From Nitrosococcus oceani ATCC 19707 (GTDB taxonomy: Bacteria; Pseudomonadota; Gammaproteobacteria; Nitrosococcales; Nitrosococcaceae), in the NCBI RefSeq assembly GCF_000012805.1, contig NC_007484.1:1620001-1652000 (forward strand): a stretch of 32,000 nt of DNA. Reading direction: 5' to 3'. Shown here in pieces: positions 1-7,974 of the stretch (its first letter is position 1; each line of letters opens with the position of its first letter). The notes beneath the pieces are model-generated. The model was not told where the DNA came from. It worked only from the letters and a program-made list of their open reading frames with translations, and ran no database searches. The position numbers and the translations under genes were made by a program.

Positions 1-9
1 TCGAGAAAA

Positions 10-234
10 CTAGCGCTCATTCATCTCATCCCGACTGAATTTACGGCCACCGGTACGCACGTGTTTTCTCAACTCCCTGATGAAGGCCATCGCTTCATCT
101 GCCTGCTGCTGGCGCTGAACATAGTCTTCCAGCCATTCCCGGAATTTGGCATTCAAGGTGGTATGCTCGCTAGCAGCCCGTTGACGGGCGGCTTCAATCA
201 GGTGTTCGTCAGCGCTCAAAGTGATGTTTTTCAT
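10..234 (-). CDS. Ribbon-helix-helix (CopG/Arc/MetJ-like) type II antitoxin-like protein, 74 aa
   Basis: Intact 74-aa ORF. The N-terminus MKNITLSADEHLIEAARQRA fits the strand-helix-helix pattern of RHH antitoxins. A perfect 9-bp inverted repeat lies about 30 bp upstream of its start. Any partner toxin would lie left of the window edge. Confidence 0.65.
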   Translation of the reverse strand: MKNITLSADEHLIEAARQRAASEHTTLNAKFREWLEDYVQRQQQADEAMAFIRELRKHVRTGGRKFSRDEMNER

Positions 235-263
235 ACAATCTCGCCTCTCGTCGAAAATTATGT

Positions 264-282
264 GTACACTATCATAGTGTAC
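264..282. promoter_or_regulatory. Perfect palindrome GTACACTAT-C-ATAGTGTAC, candidate autoregulatory operator of the RHH gene
   Basis: 9-bp arms with a 1-nt centre, read directly, in the 5' region of the minus-strand RHH gene (start at 234). RHH antitoxins typically bind palindromic operators in their own promoters. Confidence 0.45.
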
Positions 283-309
283 TTTGATTGGACTGGGAGC
301 AGCTTTTCT

Positions 310-653
310 TTATTGGCGGCTACCTGTCGCATGTTCAATCATCTCGTTAAACGCTCCTTCGACCTTTTTGGCAAAGTCATGTTGCATGTCGAAGACATCC
401 CCGAATTCCGCGAAGGCCCATCGCCCGTAGCTTTTTAGACTGTTCACGCCCGGAATCCAGTAGGTATCCATGGCGAGTTTTTTTCTTTAGCATCTTCCCG
501 GCGATAACCTTTAATTTCCACAATCAGATTCAATGGATTATCCTGGCTATCATCGATCTGGACAAGGAAGTCCGGGCGGTATTTCCGCGTTTCGGAACCA
601 TAGTGATAGGGTGCTTTCAAACCCAGACTGTGATTAAGGTGGTCACACCGACG
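310..653 (-). pseudogene. C-terminal remnant of a Type III-like restriction endonuclease (Res-type PD-(D/E)XK nuclease end), frameshifted
   Basis: The minus-strand translation gives ...KAPYHYGSETRKYRPDFLVQIDDSQDNPLNLIVEIKGYRREDAKEK. After a 1-nt frame slip in the T7 run at 478-484 it continues LAMDTYWIPGVNSLKSYGRWAFAEFGDVFDM...GSRQ*. The (Y)xPDF...E-x-K-G...W...VN...G(R)W pattern is as I remember Res-subunit C-termini. There is an upstream in-frame stop at 654-656 and no N-terminal helicase part. Confidence 0.6.
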
Positions 654-751
654 CTAAGTATTGCCGCGCTTTGGCACAGCTCGTCATCTGTTTGCAGTAC
701 TGCTTAGGCCCACACCTGGAGGCCGCCTTGCTTGGCCCGTGTGCGTTTGCT

Positions 752-1204
752 TCATCTCCACTCCCATGGTGGTAGCTGTTGGGCCTCTGGTAGCACCCAT
801 AAACCCCGTTTGGCGGCTCTGGCTTCCTGCTCTACCCCAAATAGGGACTTATCCCGCAAATAGGCCATATAGACCCATGCCGCACCTTGGCGGACCATTT
901 CCCGGTTAATATTCACGCCATCAACAAACACATGGCCCACAGTGCGCCCGCAGCGGTCAACGTTCTCTACCACGACTCGCGCTTGCTTCCCAAACGCCAA
1001 GCTAGAGAGAGCTTGCCGCGCTCGGTTGCTGTAGGGCTGGCGTTTTTCGGGGGTGTCGATTTCAGCCAAGCGGACTTTCACTTGCAGGTTACCGGCAGCT
1101 AGAAGTTTGAGGGTGTGGCCATCTGATATCCCCACCACGCGCCCGGTATAGTCGGCGCTTGCCGCCAGGGGGAGAAGAAAGAATAAGAGAATTAGTTTAT
1201 TCAT
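752..1204 (-). CDS. nuc: Secreted thermonuclease (micrococcal/staphylococcal nuclease, SNase family)
   Basis: 150-aa ORF with signal peptide MNKLILLFFLLPLAASA. SNase hallmarks are present: GRVVGISDGHTLKLL, VRLAEIDTPE, GRTVGHVFVDGVNINREMVRQGAAWVY and ARAAKRGLW. Confidence 0.9.
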   Translation of the reverse strand: MNKLILLFFLLPLAASADYTGRVVGISDGHTLKLLAAGNLQVKVRLAEIDTPEKRQPYSNRARQALSSLAFGKQARVVVENVDRCGRTVGHVFVDGVNINREMVRQGAAWVYMAYLRDKSLFGVEQEARAAKRGLWVLPEAQQLPPWEWR

Positions 1205-1297
1205 GTTTTACAGCTCCTTGGGGGAAAAGGGCAAAAATCGCCCTTTCAGACAAAAGAACCCCCCGCCAGGGGTACCCGTAGCGGGGGTGGTGGGCGG

Positions 1298-1456
1298 CTA
1301 GCGGCCTCTTTGCGCTAGCTCCAATTCACTACGAACATAAGCCGTCCTCTTAAAAGTCTTGGCGAACCGCTCGACAGCTTCCCGGCTTCTAAACCGGCCA
1401 AGCTCTTCTCTGCCACTCTGGTAGGCTGTGTTGGTTCCGAATACGTAATAAATCAT
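1298..1456 (-). CDS. Small hypothetical ORF (52 aa), unverified
   Basis: ATG-started ORF MIYYVFGTNTAYQSGREELGRFRSREAVERFAKTFKRTAYVRSELELAQRGR, below the ORF-track cutoff. No recognisable family and no clear RBS. Confidence 0.2.
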   Translation of the reverse strand: MIYYVFGTNTAYQSGREELGRFRSREAVERFAKTFKRTAYVRSELELAQRGR

Positions 1457-1787
1457 GATTTAGCTTTCCGCGATTACCACGGCGGGCAATAAATACTTTG
1501 CCAGCGATTAAAGAGTAAAATTCGATCAGCCATAATTGACTCCTGGTTAGTCAGTTTTTGGCTAGGCTCTAGCTGGTATTTGCGGTACTGGCTAGGGGTG
1601 TTTTTGCTGCTCACTCAGCAAGTATTTAAGGGTATCCGGATCTAGTGTGTAACGCCACGCATTCCTCAGCGTGACAACGATCCAGTAAACCGGAACTAGG
1701 TGTGTATATTCTCTGGTTCATCTAAACCTATCAGAGTTCACACCCAAGTCGAAGGTACGACGAATGATCGGTACAAGGAGCTGACAC

Positions 1788-4532
1788 ATGGCCATCAGTC
1801 AGGCACGCATTATCGAATCACTGGAGCAGGCTTGCTCCAACCTCAATCCTGATGAGTTCATTTTTTCCTTCCTCGATGCGTATGGCTTTCCCAAGAGCAC
1901 CATTACCCGGCTGCGCAAGGGTGGTGACAGCCGCAACGTGGCGGAAGGTGATGACATTGGTCTGAAGAAAAAGCTCTACTTCCGTGCTGTCTCAAAGGGT
2001 GCGGATCTCGATGCTGAGGTTGAATCGCTCAAGGCAAGCGAGGTGATCGCTCGCAATGACATCCGTTTCGTGATCGTGACCGATTTCGAAAGTCTGGCGG
2101 CATTCGATCTCAAGGCTGAGGAGCGTCTCGAAACCACCATGGATGAGCTGGACAAGCAGTACGCTTTCTTCCTGCCGCTGGCCGGATATGAGAAGGCTGT
2201 CATGTACTCTGAGCATCCGGCAGACGTAAAAGCTTCAGAGAAGATGGGCCAGCTGTTCGACCTAATTCGTGAACGTAATGACCTTTCCAAACCGGAGGAC
2301 ATTCATGCATTGAACGTCTTCCTGACGCGCCTGCTGTTCTGCTTCTATGCCGAGGACACTGGCATTTTTGAGCAGGGCCAGATGACTTCAGCGATCCAGT
2401 CCTGCACTCAGGAGGATGGTTCGGGTGTGGATCAGTTCTTCACCGACCTGTTCACAGTGCTGAACCTGGAACCAGACGCACCTGAGCGCAAGGACATGCC
2501 CGCCCATTTCCAGGCGTTCCCCTATGTGAACGGCGGCCTGCTCCGTGATGATGAGCCTATCCCTGAGTTTGGACGCAAAGCACGTCGAATTCTGCTGGAT
2601 TGTGGCTCTCTCAACTGGTCCGCGATTAACCCGGACATTTTTGGTTCTATGTTCCAGGCGGTTATTGATGAGGAGCAGCGTGGCAACCTGGGACAGCACT
2701 ATACCTCCGTATCGAACATCATGAAGGTGATCCAGCCGCTGTTCCTCGACAAGCTGTATGCCGAGCTTGAAAAGTCCCGCAAGCGTGATCGCAAGCTGAA
2801 AGAACTACTGATACGCCTTCAGAACCTACGTGTCTTTGACCCCGCCTGTGGTTCAGGCAACTTCCTGATCATTGCGTACAAGGAGCTGCGCAAGCTGGAG
2901 ATGGAAGTGATCGATGCTCTGAACGCGATATCCGATCAGGCTGAGATGTACTATTCCGGTATCCGCCTCTCCCAGTTCTACGGCATTGAAATTGACGATT
3001 TCGCCCATGAAGTCGCTACTCTTTCTCTGTGGTTGGCCGAACACCAAATGAATATGGCGTTTAAGGCTAAGTTTGGCTATGCCGAGGCGGCACTTCCGCT
3101 GCGGGATTCAGGCGATATCGTGTGTGGTAATGCGTTGCGCCTAGATTGGGAAGAAGTGTGCCCACCGGCTGATGGTAGTGGTAATCCTCGTGAAATCTAT
3201 ATCTGTGGTAATCCGCCTTTTTTAGGGACAACGGAGCGCAGTAAAGAGCAGTCGGCTGATATGAAGCATGTATTTTCATCTTTTAAGTCCATAGGCTATC
3301 TCGACATCGTAGCCGCCTGGTTTTGGAAAGGGGCGAACTTTATCAAGGGGAGAAGAGCAAAATGTGCGCTGGTGTCCACGAACTCTATCAGCCAAGGCGA
3401 CCAAACCTCCTTGTTATGGCCGCCGATTTTTGAGCTGGGAGTTTCGATTGATTTCTGCTACCAGACATTTACGTGGAGTAACAACGCGAAGAATAAAGCC
3501 GCGGTCCATGTTGTCATCATTGGATTAAAGAATAACGAAGACACGTCTACGGTGCCACGAATATTTGAGACGTCCAGGGAGAAAACGACTGTACTGAAAG
3601 TAGATAACATCAGCCCATATCTAGTCCCCGGCCCAAATTTAGCGGTATATCCACGCACAAAGCCAATCGGTCCAGTCAGTAAAATGATTTTTGGCAACAA
3701 ACCAACAGACGGTGGCCACCTATACGTTACGCTAGAGGAACGTGATGAATTTATAGAAAAATACCCTCACTATGCCCACTGGATACGAAAAGTTCTGGGT
3801 TCAAAAGAGTTTATTAACGGGGGAGAGCGTTGGTGCTTCTGGCTGGCCCACATTCCGCTAGAGGATGTCATGAATGTTCCAGAAATGGTTTCTCGTGTAG
3901 AGAAAATTCGTGATCTCAGGATCAAAGCTGGACATCCAGCCGCTCTTAAAGGTGCTGAGCGCCCTCACACATTTCTTCAGTTGGCTCAACCATTGAAGGG
4001 CAATTACTTACTGGTTCCTCGTGTTTCTTCAGAGCGACGTAGCTATGTTCCTATGGGATTTTATGGTGTTGATACCATATCTAGCGACGCGAACCAGATG
4101 GTTCCAAACGCCACTCCCTACGAATTCGGCATCCTTACATCCGAAATGCATAATGATTGGATGCGTACCGTTGCTGGCCGCCTGAAAAGCGACTACCGCT
4201 ATTCAGCCACACTGGTCTACAACACCTTCCCCTGGCCTGAAGTGACCGATGAGCAACGCAAGCACATCGAAGAGTTGGCCGAGGAGATCCTACTGATCCG
4301 CGAGGACTACCCCGACAAGTCGCTGGCTGACCTCTACGATCCGGACAAAATGCCTGCTCCGCTTCGTGAGGCCCACAAATCTCTGGACCGTGCTGTTGAA
4401 AAACTATACCGAGACAAACCTTTCAGGGATGCACCAGAGCGTCTGGAGCACCTGTTTGCCCGTTATGAAAAATTGATTGCCGAAGAGAAGGCAAAAGCAC
4501 CCGCCAAAAAGAAAGCCACAAGGAGTAAGTGA
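1788..4532 (+). CDS. MmeI-family (Type IIL/IIG-like) N6-adenine DNA methyltransferase with TRD; N-terminal nuclease motif apparently degenerate
   Basis: 914 aa, close to MmeI length, and collinear with MmeI as I remember it: LTRLLFCFYAEDTGIF, FPYVNGGLL, NWSAINPDIFGSMFQ, GQHYTS, SAM motif I VFDPACGSGNFLI, catalytic motif IV GNPPFLG, STNSISQGDQ, FGNKPTDGGHL, YRYSATLVYNTFPWP and LYDPDKMP. AAGGAG RBS precedes ATG 1788. Confidence 0.92.
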   Translation: MAISQARIIESLEQACSNLNPDEFIFSFLDAYGFPKSTITRLRKGGDSRNVAEGDDIGLKKKLYFRAVSKGADLDAEVESLKASEVIARNDIRFVIVTDFESLAAFDLKAEERLETTMDELDKQYAFFLPLAGYEKAVMYSEHPADVKASEKMGQLFDLIRERNDLSKPEDIHALNVFLTRLLFCFYAEDTGIFEQGQMTSAIQSCTQEDGSGVDQFFTDLFTVLNLEPDAPERKDMPAHFQAFPYVNGGLLRDDEPIPEFGRKARRILLDCGSLNWSAINPDIFGSMFQAVIDEEQRGNLGQHYTSVSNIMKVIQPLFLDKLYAELEKSRKRDRKLKELLIRLQNLRVFDPACGSGNFLIIAYKELRKLEMEVIDALNAISDQAEMYYSGIRLSQFYGIEIDDFAHEVATLSLWLAEHQMNMAFKAKFGYAEAALPLRDSGDIVCGNALRLDWEEVCPPADGSGNPREIYICGNPPFLGTTERSKEQSADMKHVFSSFKSIGYLDIVAAWFWKGANFIKGRRAKCALVSTNSISQGDQTSLLWPPIFELGVSIDFCYQTFTWSNNAKNKAAVHVVIIGLKNNEDTSTVPRIFETSREKTTVLKVDNISPYLVPGPNLAVYPRTKPIGPVSKMIFGNKPTDGGHLYVTLEERDEFIEKYPHYAHWIRKVLGSKEFINGGERWCFWLAHIPLEDVMNVPEMVSRVEKIRDLRIKAGHPAALKGAERPHTFLQLAQPLKGNYLLVPRVSSERRSYVPMGFYGVDTISSDANQMVPNATPYEFGILTSEMHNDWMRTVAGRLKSDYRYSATLVYNTFPWPEVTDEQRKHIEELAEEILLIREDYPDKSLADLYDPDKMPAPLREAHKSLDRAVEKLYRDKPFRDAPERLEHLFARYEKLIAEEKAKAPAKKKATRSK

Positions 4533-4534
4533 TC

Positions 4535-6586
4535 ATGGCTGATCTGTTGACCGTTCAATACAAGCAAACTGGCAGGAGTTCTAACCTGAATGCGATGGGC
4601 ATGCGTGAAATGCAGGCCCGTGCCTATGAGGCCCGTGATGCCCAATATCTGCTGCTGAAGGCACCGCCGGCCTCCGGTAAGTCTCGCGCCCTGATGTTCC
4701 TAGGACTGGATAAGTTGCATAACCAGGGGCTGAAGAAAGTCATCGTGGCCGTGCCGGAAATGAGCATCGGCGCTTCATTCAAGGACACCCACCTGACCAG
4801 TAGTGGCTTCTTTACCGATTGGGCCGTGCAGCCGAGCTATAACCTCTGTGTGCCTGGTGGTGAAACGCAGAAGGTGAAAGCCTTTGTTCGCTTCATGTCC
4901 GACCCGGATGCCAATGTGCTGGTATGTACCCATGCCACGCTGCGCTTTGCCTACCAGGAGCTGAAACCGGCTGATTTCAATGACGCCCTGTTGGCGATTG
5001 ACGAGTTCCACCACACCTCAGCCGATGGTGAGAACCGTCTGGGTGGTCTGATAGATGGTGTGATGGCCGGCTCTAACGCCCACATCGTTGCCATGACAGG
5101 TTCCTATTTCCGGGGCGATGCGGTACCTATCCTGCTGCCAGAGGACGAGGAGAAATTCACTCAGGTCACGTACTCTTACTATGAGCAGTTGAACGGCTAC
5201 CAGCATCTCAAATCACTGGGCATCGGCTATCACTTCTACACGGGGCGTTACCTCGATGCATTGCATGAGGTGTTGGACACCTCGAAAAAGACCATCGTCC
5301 ATATTCCGAACGTGAACTCGGTTGAATCCACCAAGGATAAGCTGTCTGAGGTTGATTACATTCTGGATGCCATCGGTGACGTGATCGAGAAGGACATGAA
5401 GACCGGCATCATCACGGTCAAGGATGATACTGGCCGGATACTTAAAGTGGCGGATCTGGTGGATGACGGTCCTCTGCGGGTCGAGGTGCAGAACTACCTG
5501 CGCAATGTGTCCAAGGCCGACGATATGGACATCATCATTGCGTTGGGTATGGCCAAAGAGGGCTTCGACTGGCCCTGGTGCGAGCATGTGCTGACCATTG
5601 GCTATCGATCTTCCCTGACCGAGATTATCCAGATCATCGGCCGAGCCACCCGTGACTGTGAGGGTAAATCCCACGCTCAGTTCACCAATCTGATCGCCCA
5701 ACCGGATGCCGAGGACGATGACGTGAAAGTGTCAGTCAACAACATGCTGAAGGCGATTACCGTTTCTCTTCTGATGGAACAGGTATTGGCTCCTGCGGTG
5801 ATTTTTAAGCCTCGCTCGCGCATCCTCCCAGGCGAAGAGGTTAAGCCAGGTACTGTGGTGATTGAAGATACAACAGCGCCGGTATCCGACAAGGTAATCA
5901 AAGCTTTGGAGAACATGGACAATATCAAGGCAGCCATCCTCCAGAAGCCTGAAGTGGTTGCACCGGCTGTGACGGGAGATGCTGATCCAGAAGTCATGGA
6001 AGCGGTTGAGATCCCAAAAGTGGTCGAAAAACTGTACCCTGATATGGATGCCCAGGAACTACAGACCGTCTCCGAAGCTGTCCATGCGTCCATGGCGGTC
6101 CAGTCCACCGGTGGTCTGTTTGATGAATCGGAGCTGCCCGAGGGGGCAGAAATCATAGTGCCCTCAGGCGTGGAAGATGAGGCTCCAGCCTATAAGTCCG
6201 ACACAAAAGCTGCACCGGAACCCGGTCAGAAGTCGCCTAACCGTAAGTTTGTCCTGATTGGCAACAAGTTCGTCAACATCGAATACCTAAATGTCGATCT
6301 GATCCGGCAAATCAACCCCTTCCAGGGCGCCTACGAAATCCTCTCGAAAGCGGTCACGCCGTCTGTATTGAAGACCATTCAGGACACGGTGGTGGGGATG
6401 CGCTCCCAAATATCTGAAGAGGAAGCTGTGATCCTCTGGCCGCGTATCAACGAGTTCAGAAAGGACAAGGGTCGCGAGCCTTCTGTCACAGCCAGCGATC
6501 CGTATGAGCGCCGGCTGGCCGATGCACTGGCCTACATCAAGCGTAAAGCGCAGGAACGCAAAGCTGCCCGGGCACAGACCGCATAA
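4535..6586 (+). CDS. SF2 DEAD/DEAH-like helicase with an acidic/Pro-rich linker and a small C-terminal helical module
   Basis: Walker A APPASGKS, motif Ia VIVAVPEMS, motif II AIDEFHH, motif III MTGSYFRGD, motif V region GMAKEGFDWP and motif VI QIIGRATR. AGGAG at 4521-4525 lies 9 nt before ATG 4535 (GTG 4529 is an alternative). The start lies 2 nt after the methylase stop. Confidence 0.9.
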   Translation: MADLLTVQYKQTGRSSNLNAMGMREMQARAYEARDAQYLLLKAPPASGKSRALMFLGLDKLHNQGLKKVIVAVPEMSIGASFKDTHLTSSGFFTDWAVQPSYNLCVPGGETQKVKAFVRFMSDPDANVLVCTHATLRFAYQELKPADFNDALLAIDEFHHTSADGENRLGGLIDGVMAGSNAHIVAMTGSYFRGDAVPILLPEDEEKFTQVTYSYYEQLNGYQHLKSLGIGYHFYTGRYLDALHEVLDTSKKTIVHIPNVNSVESTKDKLSEVDYILDAIGDVIEKDMKTGIITVKDDTGRILKVADLVDDGPLRVEVQNYLRNVSKADDMDIIIALGMAKEGFDWPWCEHVLTIGYRSSLTEIIQIIGRATRDCEGKSHAQFTNLIAQPDAEDDDVKVSVNNMLKAITVSLLMEQVLAPAVIFKPRSRILPGEEVKPGTVVIEDTTAPVSDKVIKALENMDNIKAAILQKPEVVAPAVTGDADPEVMEAVEIPKVVEKLYPDMDAQELQTVSEAVHASMAVQSTGGLFDESELPEGAEIIVPSGVEDEAPAYKSDTKAAPEPGQKSPNRKFVLIGNKFVNIEYLNVDLIRQINPFQGAYEILSKAVTPSVLKTIQDTVVGMRSQISEEEAVILWPRINEFRKDKGREPSVTASDPYERRLADALAYIKRKAQERKAARAQTA

Positions 6587-6597
6587 GGAGATGCAGG

Positions 6598-7932
6598 ATG
6601 CCACCCATCCATCATGATAGAAAAAAGGGCGTAGCGCGCCCTTCACTGGATGATATTTTCAATGGCCCGGATGAGTTCGGGCTTCTGAATGTTCAGGCAA
6701 AGCGATCCAGCGGTGGAAACCCGCTGGAAGTGGCCAAATTTGAAGAGATCAATACATTCATGGATCAGCATGGTAGAGCCCCTGAAAGTACAGGCAAGCT
6801 GTCAGAAAAGCTCTTGGCCAGGCGCTTAAAGGGCTACTTGGACAACCATGATCTGCATTCCACTCTGAAGCCTTATGATCGTCATGGCTTGCTTCCGGCG
6901 CCAACGTCGTTTGTAGACGAGGTTGATGCTTCTGATTTCGAACTGGACGAACAAACCCAGCCGGACAGTGAAGTGGAACAGGTTTCATCGGATGTGGTGG
7001 CAGATGCCGAGGATGTTACCTCCCTGGATGATATTTTTGCCAGTGAGGCATTTGCGGAGATCGATCAGGGGGAGCCTGCCCTCTTTGATTCTATCCATGT
7101 CCCGTTCAGTTCGGACCGAGAAGCGCCTGATGAGATAGCTCAGCGTCGTGTCTGCCAGGATTTCTATGCGTTTGAGCCGACCTTTCGTGACCTGCATGAG
7201 AAGCTCAAATCAGGTGACGCAAAGACAGTACGGTTCCAACAAGCCTCACAGGTACAGCCAGGCGATGCTTTCATACTGGAAGGCGTCGTATGCCTGATCG
7301 ATGAGGTTGGTGAGTATCGAGAAGATAACCAGGGGCGATACGACCCTAGGCTGCGCGTGATTTTTGAGAACGGAACGGAGTCCAACCATCTTCTGCAATC
7401 ATTAGCCAAGCGACTTTACCAGGATGAGACGGGACGCCGGATCATCCGTGAGGCCGACTCAGTGGTTGATGCTTTCAACAACGTATCCCATAAGGACAAG
7501 CGGGTCGGGCAGATCTACTTCGTCACCACCAGGAGCGAAAACCCTGATCTGAAGGCGATTCCGAACCTGGTTAAGATTGGTTATACCGAGCTTACGGTCG
7601 AAGAGCGGACGAAAAATGCTGAGCGGGACACTGCTTTCCTGGAAGCACCGGTCAAGATCCTTGCTTCGATGGAGTGCTACAACCTGAACCCCAACAAGTT
7701 CGAAAGCCTGATTCATGGGTTTCTGTATGCACAGCGGTTGAAGGTGGCGTTGATCGGGAAAGACGGGAAAGCCTATCACCCGAAAGAGTGGTTTTCCGTT
7801 CCTTTGGATACAGCAAGGGAAGTCGTTAAACGGATCATTGATGGCAGCATCGTCCATTACCGGATGGACAACACCACTGGACGGTTGGTGAAGAAAAGGA
7901 TTGGTTCGATCTGCATCCCGAACCGCGCTTAA
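6598..7932 (+). CDS. T5orf172-domain (GIY-YIG superfamily) putative nuclease with a long acidic N-terminal region
   Basis: The C-terminal ~120 aa read GQIYFVTT...LVKIGYTELTVEERTK...ESLIHGFLYAQR...KEWFSVPLD. This matches the GxIY / KIGxT / R / E..(I/L)H / EWF pattern of T5orf172. AGGAG lies 7 nt before ATG 6598, and the gene follows the helicase stop by 11 nt. Confidence 0.85.
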   Translation: MPPIHHDRKKGVARPSLDDIFNGPDEFGLLNVQAKRSSGGNPLEVAKFEEINTFMDQHGRAPESTGKLSEKLLARRLKGYLDNHDLHSTLKPYDRHGLLPAPTSFVDEVDASDFELDEQTQPDSEVEQVSSDVVADAEDVTSLDDIFASEAFAEIDQGEPALFDSIHVPFSSDREAPDEIAQRRVCQDFYAFEPTFRDLHEKLKSGDAKTVRFQQASQVQPGDAFILEGVVCLIDEVGEYREDNQGRYDPRLRVIFENGTESNHLLQSLAKRLYQDETGRRIIREADSVVDAFNNVSHKDKRVGQIYFVTTRSENPDLKAIPNLVKIGYTELTVEERTKNAERDTAFLEAPVKILASMECYNLNPNKFESLIHGFLYAQRLKVALIGKDGKAYHPKEWFSVPLDTAREVVKRIIDGSIVHYRMDNTTGRLVKKRIGSICIPNRA

Positions 7933-7974
7933 GAGCTGGTGGGATCAAGAGATTATTATTCTTAAACACTCAAA

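Noticed and set aside
61-909. Plus-strand ORFs 61-438 and 661-909, and ORF 887-1102.
   Set aside because: They run antisense to the RHH gene, the restriction remnant and the thermonuclease, and have no motifs.
2082-2114. A possible alternative PD-(D/E)xK motif, D99...D107-L-K109 (VTDFESLAAFDLK), in the methylase N-terminal domain.
   Set aside because: The spacing of 7 residues is too short for the fold. The equivalent conserved block in MmeI (VCDFQRFRLTDL) is not the catalytic site as far as I recall. This needs a real alignment to exclude it completely.
7903-7924. A hairpin, GGTTCG-N10-CGAACC, resembling a tRNA T-arm and possibly an island att or tRNA fragment.
   Set aside because: It lies inside the T5orf172 coding sequence, the loop is not the T-loop consensus, and there is no acceptor or anticodon arm context.
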